DNA of 64,000 bases. Source: a virus (Duplodnaviria; Caudoviricetes). The notes beneath the pieces are model-generated. The model made no database searches and was not told where the DNA came from. It worked only from the letters and a program-made list of their open reading frames with translations. The first letter of the stretch is position 1; every line of letters begins with the position of its first letter. This document shows, piece by piece, positions 17,540 to 27,172 of the stretch. Position numbers and translations under genes: made by a program. The DNA is taken from IMG/VR virus record IMGVR_UViG_3300006127_001273, positions 52,038 to 116,037 of that record, one strand, 5' to 3'.

Positions 17540-17827
17540 ATGTCAAGACCAAAACCGCGTATCATATTAGAACATATTAACAAAAAGAATTATAAAGCAG
17601 AACAAATCTTAGAAGCGGATGCAATCTGGGCTGTCTTTTACAAAGGACAGCCTTTTAACCTAAAGAGCTTCAATAGTTTAACAAGCTACCCTGGGCCAAA
17701 ATATAAAAAGGTTAGTTTTAGTAATCAAGGTCATGCGCATAACTTAGCTAAAAAATTAAATTCCACATTTAATACAGAAGATTTTGAAGTCTATAAACTT
17801 ACTACAGGCACACCAGTGAAAAAATGA
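17540..17827 (+). CDS. Hypothetical protein
   Basis: 95 aa basic ORF with GGAGG RBS. Confidence 0.75.
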   Translation: MSRPKPRIILEHINKKNYKAEQILEADAIWAVFYKGQPFNLKSFNSLTSYPGPKYKKVSFSNQGHAHNLAKKLNSTFNTEDFEVYKLTTGTPVKK

Positions 17828-18213
17828 TCACACGTGACGCATTAACAAAAATATTTTTAAACCAATGGGGCAAAAGTACTGATAATGCAAATGTAAAACT
17901 TTTTTCTCGCAAATGGTGGCAATGCAATCGTGCTAATAAGCAACATGCATTCCGCTTAACTAACGACGGATTAGATTTCCTACAAAACGAGCTAGAAATC
18001 AAATCTTACGAAATTCCGTTTTCTGAATCAATTGAGCTGAGTCCCCAGACACTCATTTTTCTTGAAAAATATCTCGATTGTCCTTATCATATAACACACG
18101 TTAGCATAATTGTGTTTTCCGAAAAGCGATCTTTTGAACTTTGTTTATTTTCGGATGACATACGAAAGTATGGCTTAATAAAAGCTATGAAAGAACGTGA
18201 AAAAGATATTTAG
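17824..18213 (+). CDS. Hypothetical protein
   Basis: 129 aa, ATGA overlap. Confidence 0.7.
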   Translation: MITRDALTKIFLNQWGKSTDNANVKLFSRKWWQCNRANKQHAFRLTNDGLDFLQNELEIKSYEIPFSESIELSPQTLIFLEKYLDCPYHITHVSIIVFSEKRSFELCLFSDDIRKYGLIKAMKEREKDI

Positions 18214-18218
18214 ACCTA

Positions 18219-18247
18219 TTGACAACTGCGTTCAACGATCATACAAT
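18219..18247 (+). promoter_or_regulatory. Sigma70-type promoter
   Basis: TTGACA-N17-TACAAT upstream of the MoxR ATPase. Confidence 0.8.
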
Positions 18248-18304
18248 ACATACATAGTAAGAAATTACTTAACATTTTCAACAACAAACAAAAGGTAAAT
18301 TTAT

Positions 18305-19393
18305 ATGTCAGAAGTACTTAGCCGTGTAGTTGGTCCTAAGGGTGCGAAGCGTTCACTTCGCAAGGCTTTTAAAAATAAGCGTCCGATTTTCCTGTGGGGA
18401 CCTCCAGGTATCGGCAAGTCAGATATTATTAAGCAGCTCGGCAACGAGCTCGAAGCTCATGTAATCGACGTTCGACTTTCACTATGGGAACCAACCGATA
18501 TTAAGGGTATTCCATATTTTGACAGTAATGACGGCACTATGCGTTGGGCTCCGCCAGGCGAACTTCCAAGCAAGGAGTTTGCAAAGAATCATAAGATGAT
18601 CATTTTGTTTATGGACGAAATGAATTCTGCGGCTCCGGCTGTGCAGGCTGCGGCATATCAGCTCGTACTTAACCGCCGTGTTGGTACATATGAATTGCCC
18701 GACAACGTTGTAATGGTTGCGGCAGGTAACAGAGAAAGTGACAAGGGTGTTACTTATCGGATGCCGGCTCCGCTTGCAAATCGTTTTGTACATCTTGAAA
18801 TGAATGTTGATTGGGAAGACTGGTTTGACTGGGCGGCAGAAAACAAGATCCATAAGGACGTACTAGGATTCCTTACTTTTAGCAAGAAAGATCTTTACGA
18901 TTTCGATCCTAAGTCTAGCTCACGGGCATTTGCAACTCCGCGTTCATGGTCATTTGTAAGTGAACTGCTTGTTGACGACGACACCGATGAGTCTACACTG
19001 ACCGATCTTACTTCAGGTTCAATTGGTGAAGGTCTTGCTGTTAAGTTTATGGCACATCGTAAGATTGCTAGCAAGATGCCTAATCCAACTGATATTTTGA
19101 CCGGTAAGGTTAAAAAGATGGATTCTAAGGAAATTTCAGCAATGTATTCACTTACTGTATCATTGTGCTACGAGCTCAAGGATGCATGTGATAAGAAGGC
19201 AAAAGATTGGAACGACCAAGTTAATCACTTCTTCCGTTTCATCATGGACAATTTTGAAACTGAGTTGGTAATTATGGGCACTAAGCTCGCACTTTCAACT
19301 TATAAGTTGCCACTGGATCCAGACGAAATTGATTGTTTCGATGAGTTCCATAACAAGTTCGGTAAATATATTTCGCAAGCTACCGAAAAGTAA
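18305..19393 (+). CDS. MoxR-like AAA+ ATPase
   Basis: Walker A GPPGIGKS, Walker B ILFMDE, AAGNR, PLANRF, TPRSW. Confidence 0.9.
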   Translation: MSEVLSRVVGPKGAKRSLRKAFKNKRPIFLWGPPGIGKSDIIKQLGNELEAHVIDVRLSLWEPTDIKGIPYFDSNDGTMRWAPPGELPSKEFAKNHKMIILFMDEMNSAAPAVQAAAYQLVLNRRVGTYELPDNVVMVAAGNRESDKGVTYRMPAPLANRFVHLEMNVDWEDWFDWAAENKIHKDVLGFLTFSKKDLYDFDPKSSSRAFATPRSWSFVSELLVDDDTDESTLTDLTSGSIGEGLAVKFMAHRKIASKMPNPTDILTGKVKKMDSKEISAMYSLTVSLCYELKDACDKKAKDWNDQVNHFFRFIMDNFETELVIMGTKLALSTYKLPLDPDEIDCFDEFHNKFGKYISQATEK

Positions 19394-19413
19394 CATACTG
19401 CGAAGTTACCTAG

Positions 19414-19442
19414 TTGACACCGCCTACGGGCGGTGTTATACT
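19414..19442 (+). promoter_or_regulatory. Sigma70-type promoter whose spacer is a GC-rich inverted repeat
   Basis: TTGACA-N17-TATACT; ACACCGCC-TACG-GGCGGTGT at 19417-19436. Confidence 0.7.
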
Positions 19443-19473
19443 ATATACATAATGTAACAAAAAGGACAAACAA

Positions 19474-20658
19474 ATGGCACATCTTGATCCAGTTATTGAT
19501 AAAATTATTGTAGCTCGTGTAGGGCTTTTACTCCGTCATCCATTTTTTGGTAATATGGCAACTCGTCTTAAAATTCAAGACGGCAGTGACTGGTGTAAGA
19601 CTGCGGCTACTGACGGTCGTTCAATTTTCTTTAATCGTGATTTCTTCAACGACCTAACTGTTAAACAAATCGAATTTGTTATTGCGCACGAAATTCTGCA
19701 CAATGTTTTTGATCATATGGGTCGATGTGAAGGCCGTGATCGTAAGATCTTTAACATTGCGGCTGACTATTGTGTTAACGGACAATTGATTCGAGACCGC
19801 ATCGGTGATCAAGTTACTAAGATCCAAATTTATCACGATCAAAAGTATTATGGTTGGAGTGCAGAACAAGTTTATGACGACATCTACGAAAAGATGGACG
19901 AACAAATGCTTGAGCAACTTGGCCAGATGCTTGACGAACATATTGATTGGGAAAACAGTGACGACGATAATGGTAATCGTCCTTCTTATAGCAAAGAAGA
20001 ATTGCGTAAGATTCGCGATGAAATTCGTGAAGCAACTATGCAGGCAGCACAGGCAGCAGGTGCAGGTAATACTCCGGCAGGTGTTGCAAGATTAATTAAG
20101 GAACTTACCGAACCGAAAATGAATTGGCGAGAAATTCTTCGGCAACAGATTCAAAGTATTATTCGTAATGACTACACCTTCCTACGTCCTAACCGTAAAG
20201 GTTGGCATATGAACGCAATTTTGCCCGGTACTAACTTTGCAGAAACAATCGATATTTGTGTAGCAATCGATATGTCGGGTTCGATCGGTAATGACCAAGC
20301 AATGGATTTCTTAACTGAAATTAAAGGCATTATGGATGAATATAAGGACTTTAAGATTAAACTCTGGTGTTTCGATACCGAAGTGTATAACGAACAAGAT
20401 TACGATGGTTATAACGCTGACGAATTTTTGAGTTATGAAATTAAAGGCGGTGGCGGTACTGACTTCGATGCCAACTGGAATTATATGAAGGCATATGATA
20501 TTAACCCTAAAAAGTTTATCATGTTCACTGATGGATATCCTTGGCAATCATGGGGTGATCCAGATTATTGTGATACTGTGTTCATTATCCATGGTACTAA
20601 GGATATTGTACCTCCGTTTGGCGAACACGCATACTACGAGTTTGGGCATCGCTCATAA
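19474..20658 (+). CDS. Metallopeptidase plus VWA-domain protein (DUF2201-like), MoxR partner
   Basis: TAATDG, HEILH (HEXXH), MIDAS DMSGS, GGGTDF, FTDG. Confidence 0.88.
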   Translation: MAHLDPVIDKIIVARVGLLLRHPFFGNMATRLKIQDGSDWCKTAATDGRSIFFNRDFFNDLTVKQIEFVIAHEILHNVFDHMGRCEGRDRKIFNIAADYCVNGQLIRDRIGDQVTKIQIYHDQKYYGWSAEQVYDDIYEKMDEQMLEQLGQMLDEHIDWENSDDDNGNRPSYSKEELRKIRDEIREATMQAAQAAGAGNTPAGVARLIKELTEPKMNWREILRQQIQSIIRNDYTFLRPNRKGWHMNAILPGTNFAETIDICVAIDMSGSIGNDQAMDFLTEIKGIMDEYKDFKIKLWCFDTEVYNEQDYDGYNADEFLSYEIKGGGGTDFDANWNYMKAYDINPKKFIMFTDGYPWQSWGDPDYCDTVFIIHGTKDIVPPFGEHAYYEFGHRS

Positions 20659-20945
20659 TGGCACTTAAAAACGGCAAGCCTAATCCTTTAAATTACTTCG
20701 ATATTAGAAGGGTTGAGTTTGCCGCTCCACATTTTAAATATACTGTTCTAGAAAAATATCATCCAACTACTGTAAGAAGTATCGACTATTGGATTAGAGA
20801 AAATTTAAATAATCGATATTATATAGGCCAAGGAATTTCGTTAGATCATAATAACTCAATTGTGTATACTACTCGCATCGGATTTGAGTCAGAAAAAGAG
20901 TTAAGTTTTTTCACAATTGCGTGTCCGCATCTCCATACAAGATAA
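20658..20945 (+). CDS. Hypothetical protein
   Basis: 95 aa, TAATG coupling. Confidence 0.7.
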   Translation: MALKNGKPNPLNYFDIRRVEFAAPHFKYTVLEKYHPTTVRSIDYWIRENLNNRYYIGQGISLDHNNSIVYTTRIGFESEKELSFFTIACPHLHTR

Positions 20946-20969
20946 TTAAAGTTAGCAATAACTTAATTA
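20941..20969 (+). promoter_or_regulatory. Late-like motif GATAATTA overlapping a GCAA-tetraloop hairpin next to an RBS
   Basis: TAATT-A-AAGTTA-GCAA-TAACTT-AATTA followed by AGGAG. Confidence 0.4.
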
Positions 20970-20979
20970 AGGAGATATT

Positions 20980-21213
20980 ATGACAGACGAAGTTGAAAAC
21001 ATTGAAACTACCGAAGCACCTGCACAAGAAGGTGCTAGTAATGAATTATCAATTAATGATCTTAATGCTATGAAGATCATTATCGATATTGCAAGTTCAC
21101 GCGGTGCATTCAAACCAAACGAAATGGTAGCAGTTGGACAGACATATACTAAGTTAACTGCGTTCTTGGATCAAGTTGCAAAGCAAGCAGAGGCACAAAA
21201 AGCAAATGGTTAA
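20980..21213 (+). CDS. Hypothetical protein
   Basis: 77 aa, AAGGAG RBS; LSINDL..MKIIIDIASSRGAFK..EM..VG. Confidence 0.75.
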   Translation: MTDEVENIETTEAPAQEGASNELSINDLNAMKIIIDIASSRGAFKPNEMVAVGQTYTKLTAFLDQVAKQAEAQKANG

Positions 21214-21841
21214 TCTAAAACATGTTGGCAGAATGAAGTCTACCGGCAAACGTGTTTTAGTTGCGTTTAGAACGCTGCCCGGTGATGCATATAGTTGCCT
21301 TGTTGTTTCGACTGAAAGATTAGACGATTCATATCATAATGCAATCATTAATCTTGTTGAAAGTGCAGCAGCTCAAGAATCATATGAATTTGCAGAAGTA
21401 TTGAATCGCACACAATTCCCGGATGGTAGCACCATGTTGCCATCCTTACACGCTAAGGGGTTGCTTGTAAAGGCGCCGACTAGCGAAGTTGAAATGGTGC
21501 CGGTTGTAGGAACTAGTATCTTGCTATCAGAACTTAATCAACTTATTGCCGAAAATCGGGGAGTTGCGGTGGATGATCTTCATATCAAACCTAACTCTAC
21601 TGATAAAGTAGAAGTTCGGGAAGTTGCATCGGCACAAGAAATTCCTGCTGCATCCGCTGAACCTGCTACTATAGCAACTGAAAAAACAGTTACTTTTGAT
21701 TCACCAGAAGAAGAAGCAAAACATTATCGTTCTCAAGCAGATAAACTAGCTAAGGAAGCGGCAAAGTTTAGAAGATTAGCAGAGGAGTTGGCTCCAACCA
21801 AGAAAAAGAAAAACGATGCAGTCAAGGAAGAAACTGCCTAA
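21206..21841 (+). CDS. Hypothetical protein
   Basis: Start MVNLKHVG at 21206 (ORF track starts 21176); coiled-coil C-terminus. Confidence 0.7.
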   Translation: MVNLKHVGRMKSTGKRVLVAFRTLPGDAYSCLVVSTERLDDSYHNAIINLVESAAAQESYEFAEVLNRTQFPDGSTMLPSLHAKGLLVKAPTSEVEMVPVVGTSILLSELNQLIAENRGVAVDDLHIKPNSTDKVEVREVASAQEIPAASAEPATIATEKTVTFDSPEEEAKHYRSQADKLAKEAAKFRRLAEELAPTKKKKNDAVKEETA

Positions 21842-22133
21842 GGACGTTATCGATAGTTGGCCTGAAGTATTCGATGAGGTAAAATTTAATGTTTTACCTC
21901 TTCGATATATTCAAACTGTAAATATCAACTTTAAAGATAACACTACTTGGGAAATAAAACTCACAACAAAAATTCGTAATGACGGTTGGGAAACATTTGA
22001 AAAAATTTTAGCCGAAACTATTCACACTTACGAACATCGAATTGAAAATATTGATTTTAAACTAGATACCGATCGAGTTAAGAAAGATATTAAAAAGAAA
22101 ACTCAAAAATTCTTAAATAAAAAGACCATATGA
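21816..22133 (+). CDS. Hypothetical protein
   Basis: 105 aa ORF overlapping both neighbours. Confidence 0.65.
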   Translation: MQSRKKLPKDVIDSWPEVFDEVKFNVLPLRYIQTVNINFKDNTTWEIKLTTKIRNDGWETFEKILAETIHTYEHRIENIDFKLDTDRVKKDIKKKTQKFLNKKTI

Positions 22134-22624
22134 TAATTGCATTATTTGCAGTCGACGATAACGGAGGTGTCGGAAATAACGGTGGAATGCCGTGGCCTCC
22201 AAATAAAGAGGACTTTAAATGGTTTAGAGAAACAACTTTAAACCAAGTCGTAGTTATGGGCAAAACTACATGGAACAGTCCTGATATGCCTAAACCACTT
22301 CCAAAAAGAACTAATGTTGTAATCACAAATGAACATCTTAATGTTGAAGATGTTATTAGTGTTAATGGCGATGTTCCACATGTCATTAAATCGCTACATC
22401 GACGATACCCTAATAACGAATTTTTTGTTATAGGCGGAGTTAGCGTTCTATTACAAGCAAAACCTGTTTTAGACAAATTATACATTACTCGTATTCCCGG
22501 AGTTTACGAAGCAGATACTCAAATCAATTTACCTAGTTTCTTAGAAGGCTTTATACTAACTAATACTAGAGATTTAGGCTCTTGCAAGGTAGAGGAATAT
22601 GAAGCAATACAACGAAGCACTTAA
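22130..22624 (+). CDS. folA: Dihydrofolate reductase
   Basis: GVGNNGGMPW, EDFKWFR, VVMGKTTWNS, PLPKRTNVVIT, FVIGG, YITRI..ADT. Confidence 0.93.
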   Translation: MIIALFAVDDNGGVGNNGGMPWPPNKEDFKWFRETTLNQVVVMGKTTWNSPDMPKPLPKRTNVVITNEHLNVEDVISVNGDVPHVIKSLHRRYPNNEFFVIGGVSVLLQAKPVLDKLYITRIPGVYEADTQINLPSFLEGFILTNTRDLGSCKVEEYEAIQRST

Positions 22625-23471
22625 ACAAATTTTAGAAAACGGCAAAGAAAAGACTGATCGTACAGGTACTGGTACGATTAGTATTTTTGGCATGCAAATG
22701 CGGTTTGATCTTAGATTAGGCTTTCCTGCTGTTACAACAAAAAAACTAGCATGGAAGGCAGTAGTAAGCGAGCTACTATGGTTTTTAGAAGGGTCCAGTA
22801 ACGAACTTAGATTAAAAGAAATTTTATACGGAACAAATGCAACTGATAAATCTACAATCTGGTCTGCAAATGCTAATTCTAAGTATTGGAAACCACGTGC
22901 AAGAAATCCTGGAGATCTCGGACGAATTTACGGAGTTCAATGGAGAACTTGGCGGACGACAGATCGTAAATGGCTTAATTCGAGTACATGGGAACCAATT
23001 GTAATTGATCAATTACAAATGCTAATCGACGGGATCAAAAAAAATCCCGATAGTCGGAGACACATACTAACTGCATGGAATCCCGGTGATTTAGATCGAA
23101 TGGCACTTCCGCCGTGTCATGTTATGTGTCAGTTTGACGTTACTGACGGATATTTAAGTTGTCAATTATATCAACGAAGTTGCGATATGTTTTTAGGTGT
23201 TCCATTTAATATTGCAAGTTATAGTTTGCTCACGCACATGATTGCGAAAGAGTGCGGACTTAAAGTAGGTGATTTTATTTGGACCGGTGGAGATTGTCAT
23301 ATATATAAAGATCACATTGATGCTGTTAACGAACAGTTAAGTAGAAATATTAAACCCCTACCTACATTATATATAACTGTAGATAAAGGATTATTTGAAT
23401 ACAATTTAGACGATTTTAAATTAGAAAACTATGAACATCATCCTGCTATCGTAGCACCGATGTCAGTTTAA
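22599..23471 (+). CDS. thyA: Thymidylate synthase
   Basis: DRTGTGT, ELLWFL, IYGVQWR, SRRHI, LPPCH, YQRSCD, GVPFN, HIY. Confidence 0.97.
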   Translation: MKQYNEALKQILENGKEKTDRTGTGTISIFGMQMRFDLRLGFPAVTTKKLAWKAVVSELLWFLEGSSNELRLKEILYGTNATDKSTIWSANANSKYWKPRARNPGDLGRIYGVQWRTWRTTDRKWLNSSTWEPIVIDQLQMLIDGIKKNPDSRRHILTAWNPGDLDRMALPPCHVMCQFDVTDGYLSCQLYQRSCDMFLGVPFNIASYSLLTHMIAKECGLKVGDFIWTGGDCHIYKDHIDAVNEQLSRNIKPLPTLYITVDKGLFEYNLDDFKLENYEHHPAIVAPMSV

Positions 23472-24807
23472 AATGTTGTTCTAACCATTCAAAATCATTA
23501 ATCTTAGAAAGTGCCGGCAAATTGTCGGCATTTTCTTCACCGTATATTCTACCCGCTCTTGCACCGTGTAAGGCATAAATTGCAAACTTACCGTCGGCAA
23601 TATTACACCACGTATCTAAACGTGCTTCGGTTTCTGTATCTAATTGTCCTCGAATAGTCTTTGATGCTAACTTAACACATTCTCTAAATGCCGATTTCCA
23701 TGTATTGAATGGATCGGTATTAAATGCAGTAATGTTTGCTATTTGATCAATTACTTTAAACTTGCTACTTATTGCTGTAGTCATATCAGGACTGTTAACA
23801 TCCATACTAATAGTTGATTGTGTAGGTAAAAGTTTTACTCCACCATACCCATATTTTAATCCGTTTATAGGATTTTGACTACGCCATACATGTACACAAT
23901 CTCTATCGTATATTAAAGGAACAAAATCAAAATTAAAAGAATCAAGTATTTGTGCGTCTCCGTCGACTACCCAAAACATTCTCGTCGAAGATAATGTTGC
24001 CGCAGTGATATGTGCTTGATGTATACCTTTAACTTTATCCACTCGTTTAGCTAATGGGAATCGTTCTAATAATTTTTGATAATTGATATCTGCGTTAGGT
24101 TCATTATACGATATAAAAACAATATCATACGGTTTACTAATACTTGCTGTAATACTCCATTCTTTTCGATTAACTGGAAACCTAAAATCAATTTCTTTTT
24201 TACTTAAAGGCGAATAGGTGCTACAAAGTAACACTCCGTTATAAGTTTCATTTTTACCTTCAGTATGTATAAACGCATGGTTTCGTTCACGATCAAATAT
24301 ATATTCATCAGTTTCTGTAGTAAAAAATAAATCAAATTTAAACGTATCAACAATGCAGAGTTCTTTTGATATTATCCAAAACAGTTCTGTCGATGTTAAT
24401 TCTAATGCAGCCAAATATTCTTCGTATGTATCTACTGAAAAAATATCATATCGATCGACACTAGTACTTGCCATAATGTCTAATTCTTTTTTATGTACAA
24501 AGAATCGATGGTTAAATTCTCGGTCGGATACTTTAGCAGTCTTTGGGATTAAACACACTCCGTTATGGTTTTCATCATTTTGAAAAACATGCACATATTC
24601 TTCATCCCACTTTTCTATTTCATAATCAAATTTAAAATCATCGTTAACATTTAAATTAGGCCATACTACCCAAAATGCCTTAGTAAAAACTTTTTTTATT
24701 GCATCAGAATATGTCTCGGCCGACTTTGCTAACGGATATTTCTTCTTAAATTTTTTAAAGGCATTATAAGAATACGGTGTGTTAACAACAAAAATGATAT
24801 CGTACAT
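23446..24807 (-). CDS. GT-A glycosyltransferase-like protein with three tandem related domains
   Basis: Third domain YDIVFISYNEPNA...FWVVDGD (DxD)...GYGGVKL...SAFRECVKL; two degenerate upstream copies. Confidence 0.7.
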   Translation of the reverse strand: MYDIIFVVNTPYSYNAFKKFKKKYPLAKSAETYSDAIKKVFTKAFWVVWPNLNVNDDFKFDYEIEKWDEEYVHVFQNDENHNGVCLIPKTAKVSDREFNHRFFVHKKELDIMASTSVDRYDIFSVDTYEEYLAALELTSTELFWIISKELCIVDTFKFDLFFTTETDEYIFDRERNHAFIHTEGKNETYNGVLLCSTYSPLSKKEIDFRFPVNRKEWSITASISKPYDIVFISYNEPNADINYQKLLERFPLAKRVDKVKGIHQAHITAATLSSTRMFWVVDGDAQILDSFNFDFVPLIYDRDCVHVWRSQNPINGLKYGYGGVKLLPTQSTISMDVNSPDMTTAISSKFKVIDQIANITAFNTDPFNTWKSAFRECVKLASKTIRGQLDTETEARLDTWCNIADGKFAIYALHGARAGRIYGEENADNLPALSKINDFEWLEQHFKLTSVLR

Positions 24808-25706
24808 TAAACCCTCTTACGGATAATCCTCGGAGTATTATTATAAACTTGTTTAAAAAATGCAGATCCATGTTTATCAAGATCAGACATTTCTAATCCA
24901 CATTCTCTTCGTAAAGTATGACCTAACCCAGAAATTTCATAGGGTAACATTTCTTCTGTAACTGTGCTATATTTTTCATTCCACTCGTTAGTTAGCCAAT
25001 CAAAATCTCTAACTAAACTATAATCCCAATCAGTGCAATTTGTTAAATATGCACCTTCTCTAGCACCATACATCGACCATAATCCATTTTCAACATCTGC
25101 ACCGATGTTAGACCAAATTAATAATCGTTGATAATTTTGCCACCATACTGATTCGATGTCGGTGACTTTAGCACCCTGATCGAGAGACATTTTTACACCT
25201 TCTCTAAATCCTGCTCTAAATGCCTGAAAGGGACTAGCATTAGTATAACTTATAGAATAGTTCTCATTGAACTGATAATATCGATGATCGAAACAAAATT
25301 CCACTTTTCCTTTAACATCATCGGGATCGGAATTTTCGTGAGTTTTCATTTCGTTAACAAACTTACGTGTCCATAATTTAAGACCACCATTTCCATACAT
25401 AAGTCCATTAACATAAACTTTTCCGCACCAACTAAACACATGTTCGGGAGTTAGATTTAACTCTTCTAAATCAATTTCTACTTTTAAAAAATCAGGATCG
25501 ATGATATTATCAGCATCGACTGTAACAAAATATTCCGTCTCGCTTAACGCTGCACATGCTTTATGTGCAGAATCACTACCTTTAACTCCATGCACACGTT
25601 TTGCCCATGGTAGCTTTTTTAGCAAATCGGCATAATTTTTTTCAGCGTTTGGTTCATCATAACTAAGGAAAATAACGTCTTGATCAATAATTTTTATTTT
25701 ATTCAT
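24807..25706 (-). CDS. GT-A glycosyltransferase-like protein
   Basis: DVIFLSYDEPNA, FVTVDADN (DxD), YGNGGLKLW, AGFREGVKM; paralog of the adjacent gene. Confidence 0.7.
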   Translation of the reverse strand: MNKIKIIDQDVIFLSYDEPNAEKNYADLLKKLPWAKRVHGVKGSDSAHKACAALSETEYFVTVDADNIIDPDFLKVEIDLEELNLTPEHVFSWCGKVYVNGLMYGNGGLKLWTRKFVNEMKTHENSDPDDVKGKVEFCFDHRYYQFNENYSISYTNASPFQAFRAGFREGVKMSLDQGAKVTDIESVWWQNYQRLLIWSNIGADVENGLWSMYGAREGAYLTNCTDWDYSLVRDFDWLTNEWNEKYSTVTEEMLPYEISGLGHTLRRECGLEMSDLDKHGSAFFKQVYNNTPRIIRKRV

Positions 25707-26325
25707 ATATTTTTAAATTATAAGATCTAAATAAACTAACTGTTGAAATTGATATTTTAGCATTATTAAATTCGTAGTTAGTATCAAAAGGTATAGATAT
25801 AGTCGAACCATTGAGTAAATCGTCTGTTTTTATTGCAATTGTTTTAATTAAGAAATCAAAATCATCCTCTAATGTTACAAAAAACATTACTGATCCCCGT
25901 CGAATCTTATTATTAAAAAACTCTCTTGCACTAGAATTTAACGAAAATTCCCAATACGTTTTAGGCCCGTTCCACACTACTAACAAATCAGGAGTATCTG
26001 ATAAATTTGTTCTAATATGAATTAAATCATTATTTTTAAAATCGTATATAGGTGATGTTTTTAAAATTATCTGTGTAATAAAAGATCCGTCAGTAGTCTT
26101 TACTCTTGCAACAATGTAATCATTCCAACTTTTTTCGCTAGTAAAAAATCCTGCTATTTCATCATGATCAACTTCAATGCTATACTCAAAATTAGGATCT
26201 ACTTCGTTTGTGATCGAAAGAATCTGTCCGGTTTTATTATCGTAATATACATAAAATTTTGGAATAATTAGTTCAATATTTTGAAACTCTTCGACTACAG
26301 GATTACTTTTCTTTTTACGAGCCAT
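25699..26325 (-). CDS. Hypothetical protein within the glycosyltransferase module
   Basis: 208 aa, overlaps both GT neighbours. Confidence 0.7.
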   Translation of the reverse strand: MARKKKSNPVVEEFQNIELIIPKFYVYYDNKTGQILSITNEVDPNFEYSIEVDHDEIAGFFTSEKSWNDYIVARVKTTDGSFITQIILKTSPIYDFKNNDLIHIRTNLSDTPDLLVVWNGPKTYWEFSLNSSAREFFNNKIRRGSVMFFVTLEDDFDFLIKTIAIKTDDLLNGSTISIPFDTNYEFNNAKISISTVSLFRSYNLKIYE

Positions 26326-27172
26326 TTACTAAATCCTCAAGTTGTAATAATATCGAACATGATAAGAAGTCATCTTCGACATAATGAAACACCTTTGTCT
26401 GTTTTATGTTACCAATAACTAAGTCAAACTTATCATTCAATACATGCGGCACGGCATTTAACCACGATGCAAACATTACATCCCATCCTTGCACTCCTGA
26501 TTTCATATGAATAAATTCCAATGGCGAGCATATATCGATACTCGAATCATAATTTCCGACTATTTCGATTGTAATAGCAGTTGCTAAATCCATACTTAAC
26601 CAATCTTGATATAGATTTGGGGCAAATGTTGTGTAACACCATTGCCAATTATTACAAACAAATTCCAATACCTTGTAAAACTCATATGCAGTTTTATTTT
26701 TTTTGAAATAATGTAACGCATAATAAGGATTAGATAAATTGTTTTCCACAAACGATTTTCTATAAACTGTATCTGTAATTACTTCAAGTTTATGATTTTT
26801 AATTCGAGAACAAAATTTTATATCGTAGTTACTACAATAATCCCACCACTCTGATATATCTTCTAATAATAACATATCAGAATCAAGAACAATTGTTTCA
26901 TCATATGGAGTACAATAATATACCTTCCACCGATTTTCTCCTCTAAAACGAGAATTGTTAGAATGATCGCCCCACGGTATTTCTATAATTTGATCAAATA
27001 CACTTCGATATTCGTCGGGGACTGCATCGTTTGTAACTAATGACACATCTTTAATGTGCGTTTGACTAATTTTAATCGACAATGCTAATGCGTATGCCTG
27101 ACGAATATAATTAGTCGTCTCGGTATTTTGTGCGTATATTAAAAACCCTTTAGACACCATTACCTCCGTCAA
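26315..27172 (-). CDS. GT8-like (GT-A) glycosyltransferase
   Basis: KGFLIYAQN...YIRQAYALALSIK, TPYDETIVLDSDML (DxD), FIHMK; true start may be the internal MVSKG. Confidence 0.72.
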   Translation of the reverse strand: MTEVMVSKGFLIYAQNTETTNYIRQAYALALSIKISQTHIKDVSLVTNDAVPDEYRSVFDQIIEIPWGDHSNNSRFRGENRWKVYYCTPYDETIVLDSDMLLLEDISEWWDYCSNYDIKFCSRIKNHKLEVITDTVYRKSFVENNLSNPYYALHYFKKNKTAYEFYKVLEFVCNNWQWCYTTFAPNLYQDWLSMDLATAITIEIVGNYDSSIDICSPLEFIHMKSGVQGWDVMFASWLNAVPHVLNDKFDLVIGNIKQTKVFHYVEDDFLSCSILLQLEDLVNGS

